64,000 nucleotides of DNA from Perna viridis (lineage: Eukaryota). This document shows positions 11,101 to 23,624 of this stretch, in pieces; within the stretch, counting starts at the first letter, position 1; the number at the start of each line of letters is the position of its first letter. The stretch spans positions 60,367,195-60,431,194 of the forward strand of contig CM074513.1 in assembly GCA_037379345.1 (NCBI GenBank), written 5' to 3'. The position numbers were made by a program, and so were the translations under genes. The notes under the pieces were generated by a model. It was not told the DNA's origin. It worked only from the letters and a program-made list of their open reading frames with translations, and searched no databases.

Positions 11101-14100
11101 TATCAGATCTTACAACCCTCCCAAATCCAGACTCCAGCCATCTTAGGTATGTTGACACATATCAATCCTCTTTTATCCGAACACTAATGATAAAGATGGT
11201 AGAAACTAAGTTCACGACAGAACTATGTACTAAGTATTTGATGATAATTCATTAAATACTCTTCAAATCGATGTTTTAAACCTTAGACAATTAAGTAGAC
11301 ACTATAAAGTGTAAGTACTCACTGTATATATAAAGTAAAATAGCAGTCTTTACATTGATGTCAATGTGATGAAAATGTTCATAATCATAGAGAACCTAGT
11401 TCTTGCCACTTAACACGAGCTACATCAGCGACATAAAGCATATCGTTATAAACAGATTTAAAAATGTTTTAAAAGATACCCGATCTTGGTCAGAAACAAC
11501 CATGTTATCAGTTATATATGTATCTACACGCCGGGTGACAACTCTATTCCATTTATTCTGATTTTAATGTAATCATTGAAAAATAATACGGAAAACCTGA
11601 CCGCAAACCATAGTGGTGCACCGTATTGGGAAAGATGCCACGTTCCTCGCAAGTTAAAGAACCCTGCTGTGGTATTCGATAGGAGTAGGAACCTTTGCGC
11701 TCCGCCACAGGAGGCTAAATTGCCCTACCTTACCCATCCCCCTTTTTCCAGTGGCAATCAAAATTTGTCGACCCTATTATCCTTGTGTCCCATCCTTTTT
11801 TTTTCATTTCATGTTCATTTTATCATCCATTTCATGTTCATCGTCTGAATATAGCTGAAATATTGCTGCTCGGACGTTAAACCCCAACAAACAAACAAAC
11901 AAACATCATTGAAAAAAAATCTACCGTTGGACGCCATCAAGAATTTGTCGGTCGATCTTGTCGTGTCCTGACACTCCATTCTTTGCTTAAGGACATGTCT
12001 GTGTTGCATTTCTTAGCTTTCTTCTACAGTAGGCCAGTGGATCCAAGAACAGCACTTTGTTTTAGAATCTAGGTTCATTTCGTGTTAATATTTATGCTTG
12101 TTTTTTTTTTTACTCCATTTCCATTGCAGTGTCCGGAACTTTTAAATTTTATTTGTTGCTTTGAAGGGCTCCTTTTTTATCACCATATTGTCAAAATACA
12201 TGTATTTACGATATACTAAACATAGTTGATTTATTTCAGTGACGCCCCAATTTGTCGTATATGTCATGAGGGTGATGAAGCTGAGGATTTGGTATCTCCA
12301 TGTTTTTGCTCTGGTACAGTTGGAGCTCTTCATATGACGTGTTTGGAGAAATGGTTGGGCACCGCTGACATGACTAGATGTGAAATATGTGAATTCCAAT
12401 TTACAGTCTCCAAAAATCCTAAACCATTCACTTGGGTATGATTTTTAGAATGATGGTACAACTTAATTTTTTTTCTACCATACACTAAAGTTGGTGTTCG
12501 GGGTTGACCCATTCATCAGTGGTTATTGACTCGATCACATACAGATATCTTTTTTATTGAATATACACAACAATTATATGTTATTTCGTCCTACTTTCCC
12601 GTAATTCGGCGCTTTACAAGTAGAAATAACGTCGGTAGTAGAAATAAATCTTTCTATATTACATTTTGTTGACGATGATGGATATCAATGTAAATTGTTT
12701 AATTATATATGTTATAATTTCAGTTTCTGAAGAATAAATCATTAGGAAAGGATAGACGTTACTTGATAGCAGACATCTTATGTGCCATTATCTTCATTCC
12801 ACTAACCCTAGCCGTGTTCACTGGGTGTTTAGTTGGAGCTAGCTACTTTTCAGCCCATGACAAAGATTGGCAAGCAGTAACACTGATCCTGGTGGCAATG
12901 ACCAGTCTCCTCATTCTGTGTTTGTGGTGCGGGGTGAGTAAGGTGGCAGATTAAGTGCTTTGTAATATATGGTAAAATGGCGAAAATATACAAAACTATA
13001 AAACCATTACAATCACATAAAATAAATATTACTTGATGTAAAGCGGGAGAGGTGTACAACTAATTGATAATGGGGCAAATCTTATATTACTCGCAAATTG
13101 TTATTATACATTCCGGATATAAGTGTTAACGACTTTTTCTATCAATATTACCTCGCTCCCACGAAAATAAGGTTCTTTTTCAAATGATAACAGGCTCTTT
13201 AAGAATTGGCTATGATAAAAAAATTTGCATATTGAAAAATAACATAAATTTTCCATGTGCATATTGTTTATTTCGCGAAGTGGAAAAATAAAATTTTGTC
13301 TATTGAAAAATAACATAAATTTTCCATGTGCATTTTTTTTATTGCGCGAAAATTTTTTTCATAGCCAATTCTTATAAATTAAGTTTAAAACTTTTTTTAT
13401 CTTTAAACATGAGAAAAGTAGCTCCGAATTTAACTGAATAGGGGCGTGTCAATATTTTTTTTATTCATTATTGTAAGACTCCGAAAAAATGACGATGTTT
13501 AAATTTTATACAACGGAAAATATTGAAATGACTTTATTAAAATTGGGAAACATGATTCTAGCCTTTCCCACGAATTATATACAGCGGTCATTGAACAGGA
13601 TTCTAGATTTTCCCACGAATTATATAGAGCGGTTATTGAACACGATTCTAGCCTTTCTCACGAATTATACAGCAGTTGTTGAACGCGATTCTAGCTTTTC
13701 CCACGAATTATAGAGAGCGGTTATTGAACACGATTCTAGCTTTTCCCATGAATTATATTGAGTGGTTATTGAACACGATTCTAGCCTTTCCTAAGAATTA
13801 TATAGCGGGTTACTGAACACGATTCTAGCCTTTCCCACGAATTATATAGCGGTTGTTGAAAACGATTCTAGCCTTTCCCACGAATTATACAGCGGTTATT
13901 GAACACGATTCTAGATTTTCCCACGCAATACATACAGCGGTTATTGAACACGATTCTAGCCTTTCTCACCAATTATATAGATCGGTTTATGAACACGATT
14001 CTAGCCTTTCCCACGAATTATACAGCGGTTATTGAACACGATTCTAGATTTTCCCACGCAATATATACAGAGGTTATTGAATACGATTCTAGCCTTTCCC

Positions 14101-16560
14101 ACGAATTATATAGAGCGGTTTATGAACACGATTCTAGCCTTTCCCACGAGTTATACAGCGGTTATTGAACACGATTCTAGCCTATCTCAACAATTATATA
14201 GAGCGGTTTATGAACACGATTCTAGCCTTTCCCACGAATTATATAGAGCGGTTATTGAACACGATTCTAGCTTTTCCCACGAATTATATTGAGTGGTTAT
14301 TGAACACGATTCTAGCCTTTCCTAAGAATTATATAGCGGTTACTGAACACGATTCTAGCCTTTCCCACGAATTATATAGAGCGGTTATTGAACACGATTC
14401 TAGCCTATCTCAACAATTATATAGAGCGGTTATTGAACACGATTCTAGCTTTTCCCACGAATTATATTGAGTGGTTATTGAACACGATTCTAGCCTTTCC
14501 TAAGAATTATATAGCGGTTACTGAACACGATTCTAGCCTTTCCCACGAATTATATAGCGGTTATTGAACACGATTCTAGCCTTTCCCACGAATTATATAC
14601 AGCGTTTATTGAACACGATTCTTGCCTTTCTCACGAATTATATAGAGCGGTTATTGAACACGATTCTAGCCTTTCCCACGAATTATATACAGCGTTTATT
14701 GAACACGATTCTAGCCTTTCTCACGAATTATATAGAGCGGTTTATGAACACGATTCTAGCCTTTCCCACGAATTATATAGAGCGGTTATTGAACACGATT
14801 CTAGCCTTTCCCACGAATTATATAGCGGTTATTGAACACGATTCTAGCCTTTCCCACGAATTATGCGGCGGTTATTGAACACGATTCTAGCCTTTCTCAC
14901 GAATTATATAGAGCGGTTTATGAACACGATTCTAGCCTTTCCCACGAATTATATACAGCGTTTATTGAACACGATTCTAGCCTTTCCCACGAGTTATACA
15001 GCGGTTATTGAACACGATTCTAGCCTATCTCACCAATTATATAGAGCGGTTTATGAACACGATTCTAGCCTTTCCCACGAATTATATAGAGCGGTTATTA
15101 AACACGATTCTAGCTTTTCCCACGAATTATATGGAGTGGTTATTGAACACGATTCTAGCCTTTCCTAAGAATTATATAGCGGTTACTGAACACGATTCTA
15201 GCCTTTCCCACGAATTATATAGCGGTTATTGAACACGATTCTAGCCTTTCCCACGAATTATATACAGCGTTTATTGAACACGATTCTTGCCTTTCTCAAG
15301 AATTATATACAGCGGTCATTGAACACGATTCTAGCCTTTCCCACGAATTATATAGAGCGGTTATTGAACACGATTCTAGCCTTTCCCACGAATTAAATAC
15401 AGCGTTTATTGAACACGATTCTAGCCTTTCTCACGAATTGTATAGAGCGGTTTATGAACACGATTCTAGCCTTTCCCACGAATTATATAGAGCGGTTATT
15501 GAACACGATTCTAGCCTTTCCCACGAATTATATAGCGGTTATTGAACACGATTCTAGCCTTTCCCACGAATTATGCAGCGGTTATTGAACACGATTCTAG
15601 CCTTTCTCGCGAATGATATAGAGCGGTTATTGAATATGATTAAACCTGGTGCCTGTATCAAGTCAGGTCAACTTTGCGATTTGAACCCTGATATTTCCAC
15701 TTGTTATACGAGCTTTCCTTTTTTACTTTTGTCCAGAGTTTTTTTGTTTTTTTTTTTGTTATTACCCTACACTGAAGACAAAGGGTGTACGTACTCTTTT
15801 ATATTAAATGACATTAGTGCTTACCATTATTCTTTATTTTCAGTTTACTCTCAGGAGAAACTATATCCTTTGTTCCACATGGCGGGAACATTACCGAGAA
15901 GTCAAAATTAAGTACAACCCACCAGATAAAAATAATAACCGGCAACCATTCAACAGAGAAGCATCTATGTCCGGCCGTAAGCTCCTTGAAAAACCAGCAC
16001 TGGAATCAGACGCCATGTCTCCAGACTTTCATAACAAAAGTATAACCAGAAAAATCACATATGAAACATCTCCCAGCTTTCAAAAAAAGAAACATGTTGA
16101 TAAGGTGGAGACCGAGAACGAACGGTGTACGCTAAAACCTGGAACACCTTACGTTCGGAAAAAGAGATGGTCATTGAAAAACGCTAAGGATGAACCGGTC
16201 TTAACCGAGGATATCAAAATACTAGAACTTCACCACAATGATGCACATGTATATAACAAACACTTAGACCGTGTACATGTCCATTCTACATCTACTCCAG
16301 CCAAGGAAGATTCCAGGATAAGTGCCTTTGAAGAGAGACGGTGCTCTGCTACACCCATACATCGTCTGCCATATATTGCTGTTCCACTGCAGACATGTCA
16401 GATGGAGATATCACATCCGGGTATGTTTGTTGAGACACCCTATTCAGTAATTCACTCCAACAAGACCACAAGGAAAGGGCTTCTGGCTGTTGCTGCCGAA
16501 GATTTATGCATAAACAGTTGCTCCATCCCACCAGATGGTTTCTATGAAAATGGAAAATAA
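8009..16560 (+). CDS. E3 ubiquitin ligase MARCH2/3-like (RING-CH + 2 TM), spliced: 8009-8191, 9673-9815 (or -9755), 11069-11146, 12240-12435, 12724-12933, 15844-16560
   Basis: C4HC3 RING-CH (CRIC...SPCFCSG...HMTCLEKW...CEIC), two hydrophobic helices and post-TM WR motif as in MARCH2/3; all GT-AG junction phases are compatible; 508 aa (488 with the short exon 2). Confidence 0.85.
8893..9334. repeat. ~100-bp inverted-repeat arms enclosing an inverted copy of the downstream 67-bp array
   Basis: 8893-8988 is the imperfect reverse complement of 9226-9334; 8989-9224 is the reverse complement of array units ending at 10370. Confidence 0.85.
9673..9815 (+). CDS. MARCH-like coding exon 2 (VHHVDNTVY...LPNPGNIT)
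   Basis: Acceptor ttgtaag, open in phase 0; donor CAC|gtatgt (phase 2) or weaker AAG|gtcaag at 9755 (also phase 2). Confidence 0.6.
9762..10390. repeat. 67-75 bp minisatellite, 9 copies, spanning the exon 2 end and donor
   Basis: Unit aatcatcagtgatagtatcacagacaggtcacttccaaaccatggcaacatcacgtatgtatacagc. Confidence 0.9.
10474..10819. mobile_element. MITE-like element, copy 2
   Basis: Same family as 4266-4584; termini taaggcc...gcctaa. Confidence 0.6.
11069..11146 (+). CDS. MARCH-like coding exon 3 (78 nt, phase 2-2; ANELRLICNSISDLTTLPNPDSSHL)
   Basis: ctaac branch-like site, pyrimidine tract, cttcag acceptor; TAG|gtatgt donor; open frame. Confidence 0.6.
11584..11904 (+). mobile_element. 5'-truncated SINE-like retroposon
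   Basis: Matches the 3' 320 bp of 20095-20613; (aaac)n tail; 12-bp TSD atcattgaaaaa at 11572-11583 and 11905-11916. Confidence 0.9.
12240..12435 (+). CDS. MARCH-like RING-CH exon
   Basis: DAPICRICHEGDEAEDLVSPCFCSGTVGALHMTCLEKWLGTADMTRCEICEFQF; ttcag acceptor, TGG|gtatga donor. Confidence 0.95.
12724..12933 (+). CDS. MARCH-like two-transmembrane exon
   Basis: FLKNKSLGKDRRYLIADILCAIIFIPLTLAVFTGCLVGA...QAVTLILVAMTSLLILCLWCG; tttcag acceptor, GGG|gtgagt donor. Confidence 0.9.
13200..13374. repeat. Small foldback: 16-bp perfect inverted repeat around a 32-bp direct duplication
   Basis: taagaattggctatga (13200) / tcatagccaattctta (13359); attgaaaaataacataaattttccatgtgcat occurs twice inside. Confidence 0.6.
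13547..15641. repeat. 41-45 bp minisatellite, roughly 45-50 copies, in the last MARCH intron
   Basis: gaacacgattctagcctttcccacgaattatatagagcggttatt. Confidence 0.97.
15844..16560 (+). CDS. MARCH-like terminal exon (long C-terminal cytosolic tail)
   Basis: ttttcag acceptor, phase 0; FTLRRNYILCSTWREHYREVKI matches the MARCH2/3 post-TM segment; 238 codons to TAA. Confidence 0.85.
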   Translation, partial: FTLRRNYILCSTWREHYREVKIKYNPPDKNNNRQPFNREASMSGRKLLEKPALESDAMSPDFHNKSITRKITYETSPSFQKKKHVDKVETENERCTLKPGTPYVRKKRWSLKNAKDEPVLTEDIKILELHHNDAHVYNKHLDRVHVHSTSTPAKEDSRISAFEERRCSATPIHRLPYIAVPLQTCQMEISHPGMFVETPYSVIHSNKTTRKGLLAVAAEDLCINSCSIPPDGFYENGK

Positions 16561-16659
16561 ATGGCCATACTTTGTTTATGCATTCCGACCTATATAATGT
16601 CATATTTTGTGTTGTCTGGCAGCCAGTTTCAATCAAATACATGTAAACCATTTATTTTT

Positions 16660-17627
16660 TTTTTAGCTTACCTGACCCGACGGGCCATGAGATATTTTGC
16701 CATCACTTGGCGTCTTAATGATGTTATGATCCTTATGATAAGTCCCACAGTAGTCTCCATGTGTTGTTGTCGGACGACTCCTTGTTGGAGTTATTCCCCT
16801 TGACAGGTGAAAAATGACGGTTTTGCAGCCGATATCTTTGAAAACTATATTAGGAAAACAATGAAATGATCCTAACGATTAGGCCTACAAAAGTCTCTTC
16901 ATGGGTCAAAGTTGTTGGACGACTCTTTGTTAGAGTTATTGCCCTTGAAAGGCAAACTATTACGTTCGTTGTAGTTTTCAGCCAATATCATGAAACTATA
17001 ATAGATAAAATTAACTTTCAACAGATAAAATGATCTTTATGATAAATTGTCAAACGACTCCTTGTTAAGAGTTATAGCCCTTGAAAAATGACGGTTTTTG
17101 CAGTTTTCATAATCTTGGAAACTATATTATATATAGACAAGAAAATTTCCAATTAATAAACGATCTTTATTATAGGCCTTCAAAAATCTCCACAAGTCAA
17201 AATTGTCTGTCGACTGGGGTCGAAGTTGCCGAACTTAGTTTGAATGTTCCTTAGGGTATTATGCATAGAACTGATCTGGAGTTTTTTGATCCGTCGAAAA
17301 ACATGGCCACCGACTAAAAATATATCTCTAATACTAATAGGTTTATCGAAATTCTTACGTAGGTTAAAGTGCTCAGCATGATGAGATCTATCTGTGGTCA
17401 ACTTTTTGTGTAAATCTGTAATGGCATGTTGGAATTGTTGCCCTGTTACGGCGTCTTTTTTTGCTATTTTTAATGTTAATACGTTCACTGGACAGAATTC
17501 AATGAAAATTGATTTGATTGTTCCTTATGTAAGAGAACTTTTATCCAATAAAACACGGCCGCTTTTACAAAAATATAGAATGATGCTTATCAAGTGAGCG
17601 ATTCAGAATCTTTAGAGTTTCTAGTTT
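16660..17627 (+). mobile_element. Non-autonomous Helitron/Helentron-type element just 3' of the MARCH stop
   Basis: ttttagcttacctgacccgacgggcc...gccatcacttggcgtc start; caagtgagcgattcagaatctttagagtttctagttt end; same internal blocks as 1-3102. Confidence 0.7.
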
Positions 17628-18274
17628 GAATAATTATGATTACCTTTCGATGTGACCTTTTTAAGAGATACAGAAAAGAAACCTAAAGGTATATCACAAA
17701 CCTATCTCACTGTATTCATCAGGTCTTCGCCGTAACTCGTGATAAAGCAAGATCGACCACGAATTTCAAGACGACAAAATAAAAAGAACGAATATGGTAA
17801 TACTACGGAAGCCTATATCGGCCATCCTTTCTATTTTTTTAGGTAACACAAAATTGAAAATCTCAAATTAATAAGTTGAAAATTCAAGATATTAACTTGA
17901 ATATTCAATATAATAAGTTGAAAATTCAAGATAACAACGTGAAAAATCAACATAGTAAATTGAAAATTCAAAATATAACTTAAAAATTCAAGAGTTGAAA
18001 ATTCAAGTTAAGAGCTACGCTGAGCGCAGCACGATACGATAACAGCAAGTTGAATCCTGTACGTTGGGAATCAATGTGGATAACTTCAATTGCCTTGGAC
18101 ACACGCAGAAATGGTGGACTGATATTTAAAACATCATTGACACATGCATAGAATGGTGAAAACAGCTTTGATTTAAGTTTCTTTATTATCATCTACCACT
18201 GTCCTTTTGGTTTGTGCGTGTTGTTTTCTATTCCTTGTATTTCACTTCTCGTTTACACTTTTGTCAGATAGTGT

Positions 18275-18900
18275 CTGTGATATGTGGGTAGTCGATATAA
18301 TCTTGTTTCATTAAATTTCCTTCCTCTATTGTAGACCTTGGGGAATCTGTGATATGTGGATAGCCGAAATATCCTTCCTCTATTGTAGATCTTGGGAAAT
18401 CTTTGATATGTGGATAGCCAATGTATCCTTCCTCTATTGCAGACCTTGGGAAATCAGTGATATGTGGATAGCCAATATATCCTTCCTCTATTGTAGACCT
18501 TGGGAAATCTGTGATATGTGGATAGCCAATATATTCTTCCTCTATTGTAGACCTTGGGAAATCTGTGATATGTAGAAGGATATATTGGCTATCCACATAT
18601 CACAGATTTCCCAAGGTCTACAATAGAGGAAGGATATATCGGCTATCCACATATCACAGATTTCCTTCCTCTATTGTAGACCTTGGGAAATCTGTGATAT
18701 GTGGATAGCCGGTATGTCCTTCCTCTATTGTAGACCTTGGGGAATCTGTGATATGTGGATAGCCGGTAAGTCCTTCCTCTATTATAGACATTCGATATAT
18801 TCTTGTTCCAGTAAATTTCCTTCCTCTATTGTAGACCTTGGGAAATCTGTGATATGTGGATAGCCGGTATGTCCTTCCTCTATCGTAGACCTTGGGGAAT
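18275..18900. repeat. 54-bp minisatellite with an internal inverted segment (18575-18665)
   Basis: tccttcctctattgtagaccttgggaaatctgtgatatgtggatagccaatata units; reverse-complement units in the middle. Confidence 0.92.
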
Positions 18901-20094
18901 CCTTGTATACTTTACTTATGTTGAAAGAGGAAAATTGGCATAAATGAAAGTTAATGCTTTCATACTATCTTTTACTTGTAATTTTAAGCTTGATGCCCTC
19001 AAGAGTTTGAGTAAAACACTTTGGAAAATGATGGAAATCAAAACTCGTTTTAACCTATTTTGATATATAAAAAAGGACCGACCATTTTACTTGAAGGGAT
19101 GGGCCTTGTTTTTTTTCGTACACAAATACTTTGATCCAGTATTTGTAAAAAAAAAAAATGCAGAGGGTCAGACTAGATCGAGACAGAGACTAGTGGCTCA
19201 CTTAGTCTGTGAAGCTCATCTGGTTTCGAATATCACAAGGGTCGTATGAAGATGAAACCACACACTTCAGGGGCCAAAACTTCAATGCCAGTGATTTGAA
19301 TTTTTTAAATGTTACAGGCATGCTAACCATTGATTATTTACGTCTTGTAGGTTTCAAGACATTAAGCTTCAAAATACTGAAAGTGATAAAAGCATTTAAA
19401 ACGGGGATTCCATGGGCATTTTCTTCAATACCAGAGATATGATTTTAATGAAATTTAACGGAAATGTAGACCTGATCATCGAATTTTCAGCTTATTATCG
19501 TAATTTTCAACTTTCTGTTTTCTTTAAAGTAAATAAGATTGACCACATAAACTTCTGTATAAAACGAAACAAATCGGAATGCAGATAAAACTTAAAGGAT
19601 GCCCAGCTCAAAATATAAAGTGCTCTCGCTCGTCTGAAATCGAATCCCGCATTATGATATATCTATAAAGCAGCTGACAAAATATCATAGATGCAGAGAA
19701 AACTGACGAAAAAGGTTTAGACAGACGAACTGGAACATTAAAATCATTGCTTCATTACTAATGAAATTTAAATCACTTTAATAATACCAGCTTAAACCAT
19801 TCATATCATTTAAACATTCCAATCGACAAAGTATAATTAGGCAGACTGAAGTACTGCCAGTACAAATAAAACATCAACAATTACCTTAATCGGTGTTTTA
19901 AGTAAAGACATACCTTTTGATAACAGGTGTTACTGTGTACATATGTCTGTTGTAATTAAATTAGGATACTTTACAATGAAAACCAAATAATCCGAATTCT
20001 TTATGTAGATAGAAAGGTAAGATTCTAATCAGACTGGGTTGATAATGTTTGTTTGCCAAAAACAATTAAGTAAAACTCGTTTAATCAAATCCTG

Positions 20095-20613
20095 GTCCCG
20101 TGCAGGTCCGGGTGTCAAAAGAATAGGCCTGCAGCAGCGCTAAGCTTGTCGTAAAAGGCGACTAAATAGTGCTCAGAACCCTACCCGGGGGCTAGGGCGC
20201 TCTGCCCACAGAGCAACTGGGATGTGTGTCCCAGATGGTGGAATGGGGTACCCCTGGCGTGTTACATGCTGTGGTTGTCAGGCTATAATACGGAAAACCT
20301 GACCGCAAACCATAGTGCTGCACCGTGTTGGGAAAGATGCCACGTTCCTCGCACGTTAAAAAACCCTACTATGGTATTCTCCCGGAGTAGGAACCATAGG
20401 GCTCCGCCACAGGAGGCTAAATTGCCCGACCCTACCCACCTCTCCCTATTTCCAGTGGTAATCAAAATTTGTCGACCCCCATTGTTCTTGTGTCCCATCC
20501 CTTTTTCATTTCATCATCATTTCAGGTTCATTTTATCATCAATTTCATGTTCATCGTCTGAATATAGCTGAAATGTTGCTGCTCGGACGTTAAACCCCAA
20601 CAAACAAACAAAC
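20095..20613 (+). mobile_element. Full-length SINE-like retroposon (519 bp) with a structured non-tRNA head
   Basis: 12-bp TSD aatcaaatcctg (20083-20094, 20614-20625); (aaac)n tail; truncated second copy at 11584; gcacgttaaaaaaccc resembles the Deu/Nin central domain (recalled). Confidence 0.9.
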
Positions 20614-21469
20614 AATCAAATCCTGAATTAGTGGGAACAAGATTCTGAAAGCATCTGAAAAATGGCTAAAATCTCTGTTGGTATGTGTTAAATATAACAT
20701 TTCTAATCACCATCAGTTTCATTTGAAGCTTCATCAGTGAAAGAACGTGGCACGTCGAAAATAAATGTACTGCCTATAAATATCACATGTATGTGAAACA
20801 ACAGTAAAACTAAGATATGGCGAAAATGTTCGTCAACACGGAGTACGTAAGACTAGCACTAATCGACAAGCTCTTAAAGGTCGCCAATAGACATCAACAA
20901 AACAATTGACACACCGTTTTGCTAGTGGTCAAACACGATTTACTAAGTCATAACATTTGACTATGTACTTGATCTGGACGGAGGACAGGGTAATGGGAGA
21001 CAAGGAGAGATGTTGGGGAGAGTAGCCGTGGAGGGTCAAGGAACGAGTTAAATTTTTGGCTTTGATATTGGTTATTGTAAAGATGACTGGGTTAAAGATT
21101 GCACCGATTGAGATGTTTTTTTTTGTTGCTTAAGGGGTTATTAACGTCCTTGACAATCCAATTAAGAATCTCATATGGACAGCCCCGGAACAAGTTACAT
21201 TTTTGGTTTAAAATATTGACGTGGGTTTGGTGAATCTAAGATGGTCCGACTTGAATTGTGCTATTTGTTTTCTTGTATGGTTGATGTTGATTTTCAGAGA
21301 CTTTCAGGTTAATGAAGAGTTGATCCAGACCAAGTGTTGTCAACGACGATCAGAATTTCAGTTTGGTTTAGTCTACTTGAGCTTTGAATCAATCTTTAAT
21401 CTTTGTTTGGTGACAACTCACCCTCGATGTACGTTCGGGGCGCCGAATGGGACGCTTGTGGTTTTGTAC

Positions 21470-21800
21470 TCAAAATTCAATTTTGTACAGACAAAAGTGA
21501 GTTTTGTTCAACAAAAATGAGTTCAGACTAACAAAATTTTTAACTTACTACAAATTCAACTTTTGTCATACAAAGTAATCTTCTAGTAGACAAAAGTTAC
21601 TTTTATCATGACAAAATTAATTTTTGTATCACAGACTTCACTTTTGTTACCTAATTTGAATATGGGGTAACAAGAATCAATTTTGTATGCAAATTAGTTT
21701 AGTTTGGATTCTGTGAATTAATTTGCATACAAAACTGAGAAATATTATGACAAAATTAAATTTTGTCACAAAATCAATTTTGTGTTTACAAAAATTAATT
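21470..21800. repeat. Degenerate ~21-bp palindromic repeats (acaaaattaatttttgt), probably MITE-derived
   Basis: Recurrent acaaaa...ttttgt units. Confidence 0.5.
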
Positions 21801-22373
21801 CGGTCATAACATGTCTGTATCACATGCTGTGAACCTAAGACTCCTATATCACCCCAAGACTCCAATATCACCCCAAGCCCCTCCTTTTATTAGACCCTAT
21901 ATCGCATGTCCTATATCACACCCTTTCACGGACTATACTGTGAAGTATCACTGTGAAGTAAAGTTAAAATATATGATATAATGAACATGACATGTAAAAT
22001 TTTTTATCTTACGTGGTATAGGAGTCTCGAGTTGATACCGCATGCGATACAGATTTTGATATCTAATATATATAATCACCAAACTTTTCTGAAGTTAGGT
22101 AAAACCCAACATATAATACATGTTCTTACTTAATTACCACCATAGGTAAGTCGAGAGTAAATAGTTTTTATTGATATTGTATCAAAACAAAACATGTAAA
22201 GCGATGTCTGCCGGTCGGTGATTAGGGTGAAATATTTGATTGCTTGTTGATGTAAGCAGTTGGCATGAGCCCGACCGACCTTCCTGAAATACAAGTCTTT
22301 GATTTACTGCCAGTTAGTTAATCACGACCGTACGAGTGATTCATACTACAGCATGCCATTCAGTAAAAATTAA

Positions 22374-23330
22374 ATCAGAGAAACTCCATTTTATCATTGT
22401 TTTACAACGGGCTGGCCATTTATGTCGCATCATTTTACCCCGAACGATAGCGAGGGTTAAATAACGACATAAATGGCCAGTCCGTGGTAAAACAATGATA
22501 CAGTGGAGTTTCCGTGATCTACTTCGATTCTAATAGGAATAGGACTAATTTCTTCATATTTTTCAAAAGACGCAGCCTCTGAGTTGCACGAATTTGTTTT
22601 TACCGTAGTTCTAGTCTAAAGAAGTTTGAAGCAAGTCATATTAGAATATAGTATGAATTCCATGTTGTACTACTTTCTATCGATTCTTGCGTTTTATATT
22701 ATATCTCAAGTGAATGATAACCAAAATAATAGCATAGCTGGATGTTCCTGAATCATTATAAAAATAAATGCGGTTAAGTTGGTAATGTTTAACTTCGCCG
22801 TTTGGTGTTTGTTGTTTTGTTTTTCGATCCATGTCTTGCATATGAAACTATTTCGTTTTTTCAATGAGGTATTTTTTTTAGTTTCGGGGGATTGGGGTCA
22901 CTCCGGTTTTCTTTTGTTGCCAAAGTTATTGTTTACTCCAATGAAAACTTCTTGGGTCTACTGTAGCTAACAACAGAAAGCGATTCAGGATATGTCATGC
23001 ACTCGTTATGACCGTAGAAACAGATCATAGGCAAAATCTGGTATACAAATTCAACTTCCAACGAAATAAAAATCACCAAGATGATTCATGAACATACATT
23101 TAGAACTCAGTTATTCTGCTATTTTATTTTTACACTGTACAACTATCTTTAGAAAGCAATTGTATCTAACACAAAAATGTTAATTGTTGGTGTATTGTAG
23201 CGCTGGCTTTTTCTTACGATTTTTGACTAGTTTACGTGCAGTAATGCAGCTGTAGTTCTATAGTTCAGATCTTTTTTTCATTTTTCGTCCTATTAACAGA
23301 TTCTAATTAAGTAGCGACATGATATCTTTA
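22374..23330. mobile_element. Foldback/palindromic non-autonomous element with a 145-bp terminal hairpin
   Basis: 22374-22440 pairs with 22454-22518; weaker inverted matches between about 22530-22755 and 23080-23310. Confidence 0.5.
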
Positions 23331-23624
23331 TTGTAATTTCATTTCATCATTTTTCTCTATTTTATTTCATTGAGTCATTAGAAACTCTGTGTAACATTAT
23401 AGATGAAGTAAACTTGGCTGTACTAACACTTTGGCAAGAATCTGATGATTTTATCTACGTGAATAGTTCATTGATAAGAAGTATATGTCAGATATAAAAG
23501 TCTTCTTTTAAAATCGGTCAACTAAATCTAAGGTATAATCTACTGCAGCATTAATCACCAGATGTAATAACAATATATCCCCGTCAGCTCTTCTATTTGG
23601 GTTTCTGTGAGATATTTTCAGTTC

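Noticed and set aside
13489-15911. Repetitive ORFs NTILAFPTNYIERLL
   Set aside because: Translation of an intronic 41-45 bp minisatellite with frame-breaking unit lengths.
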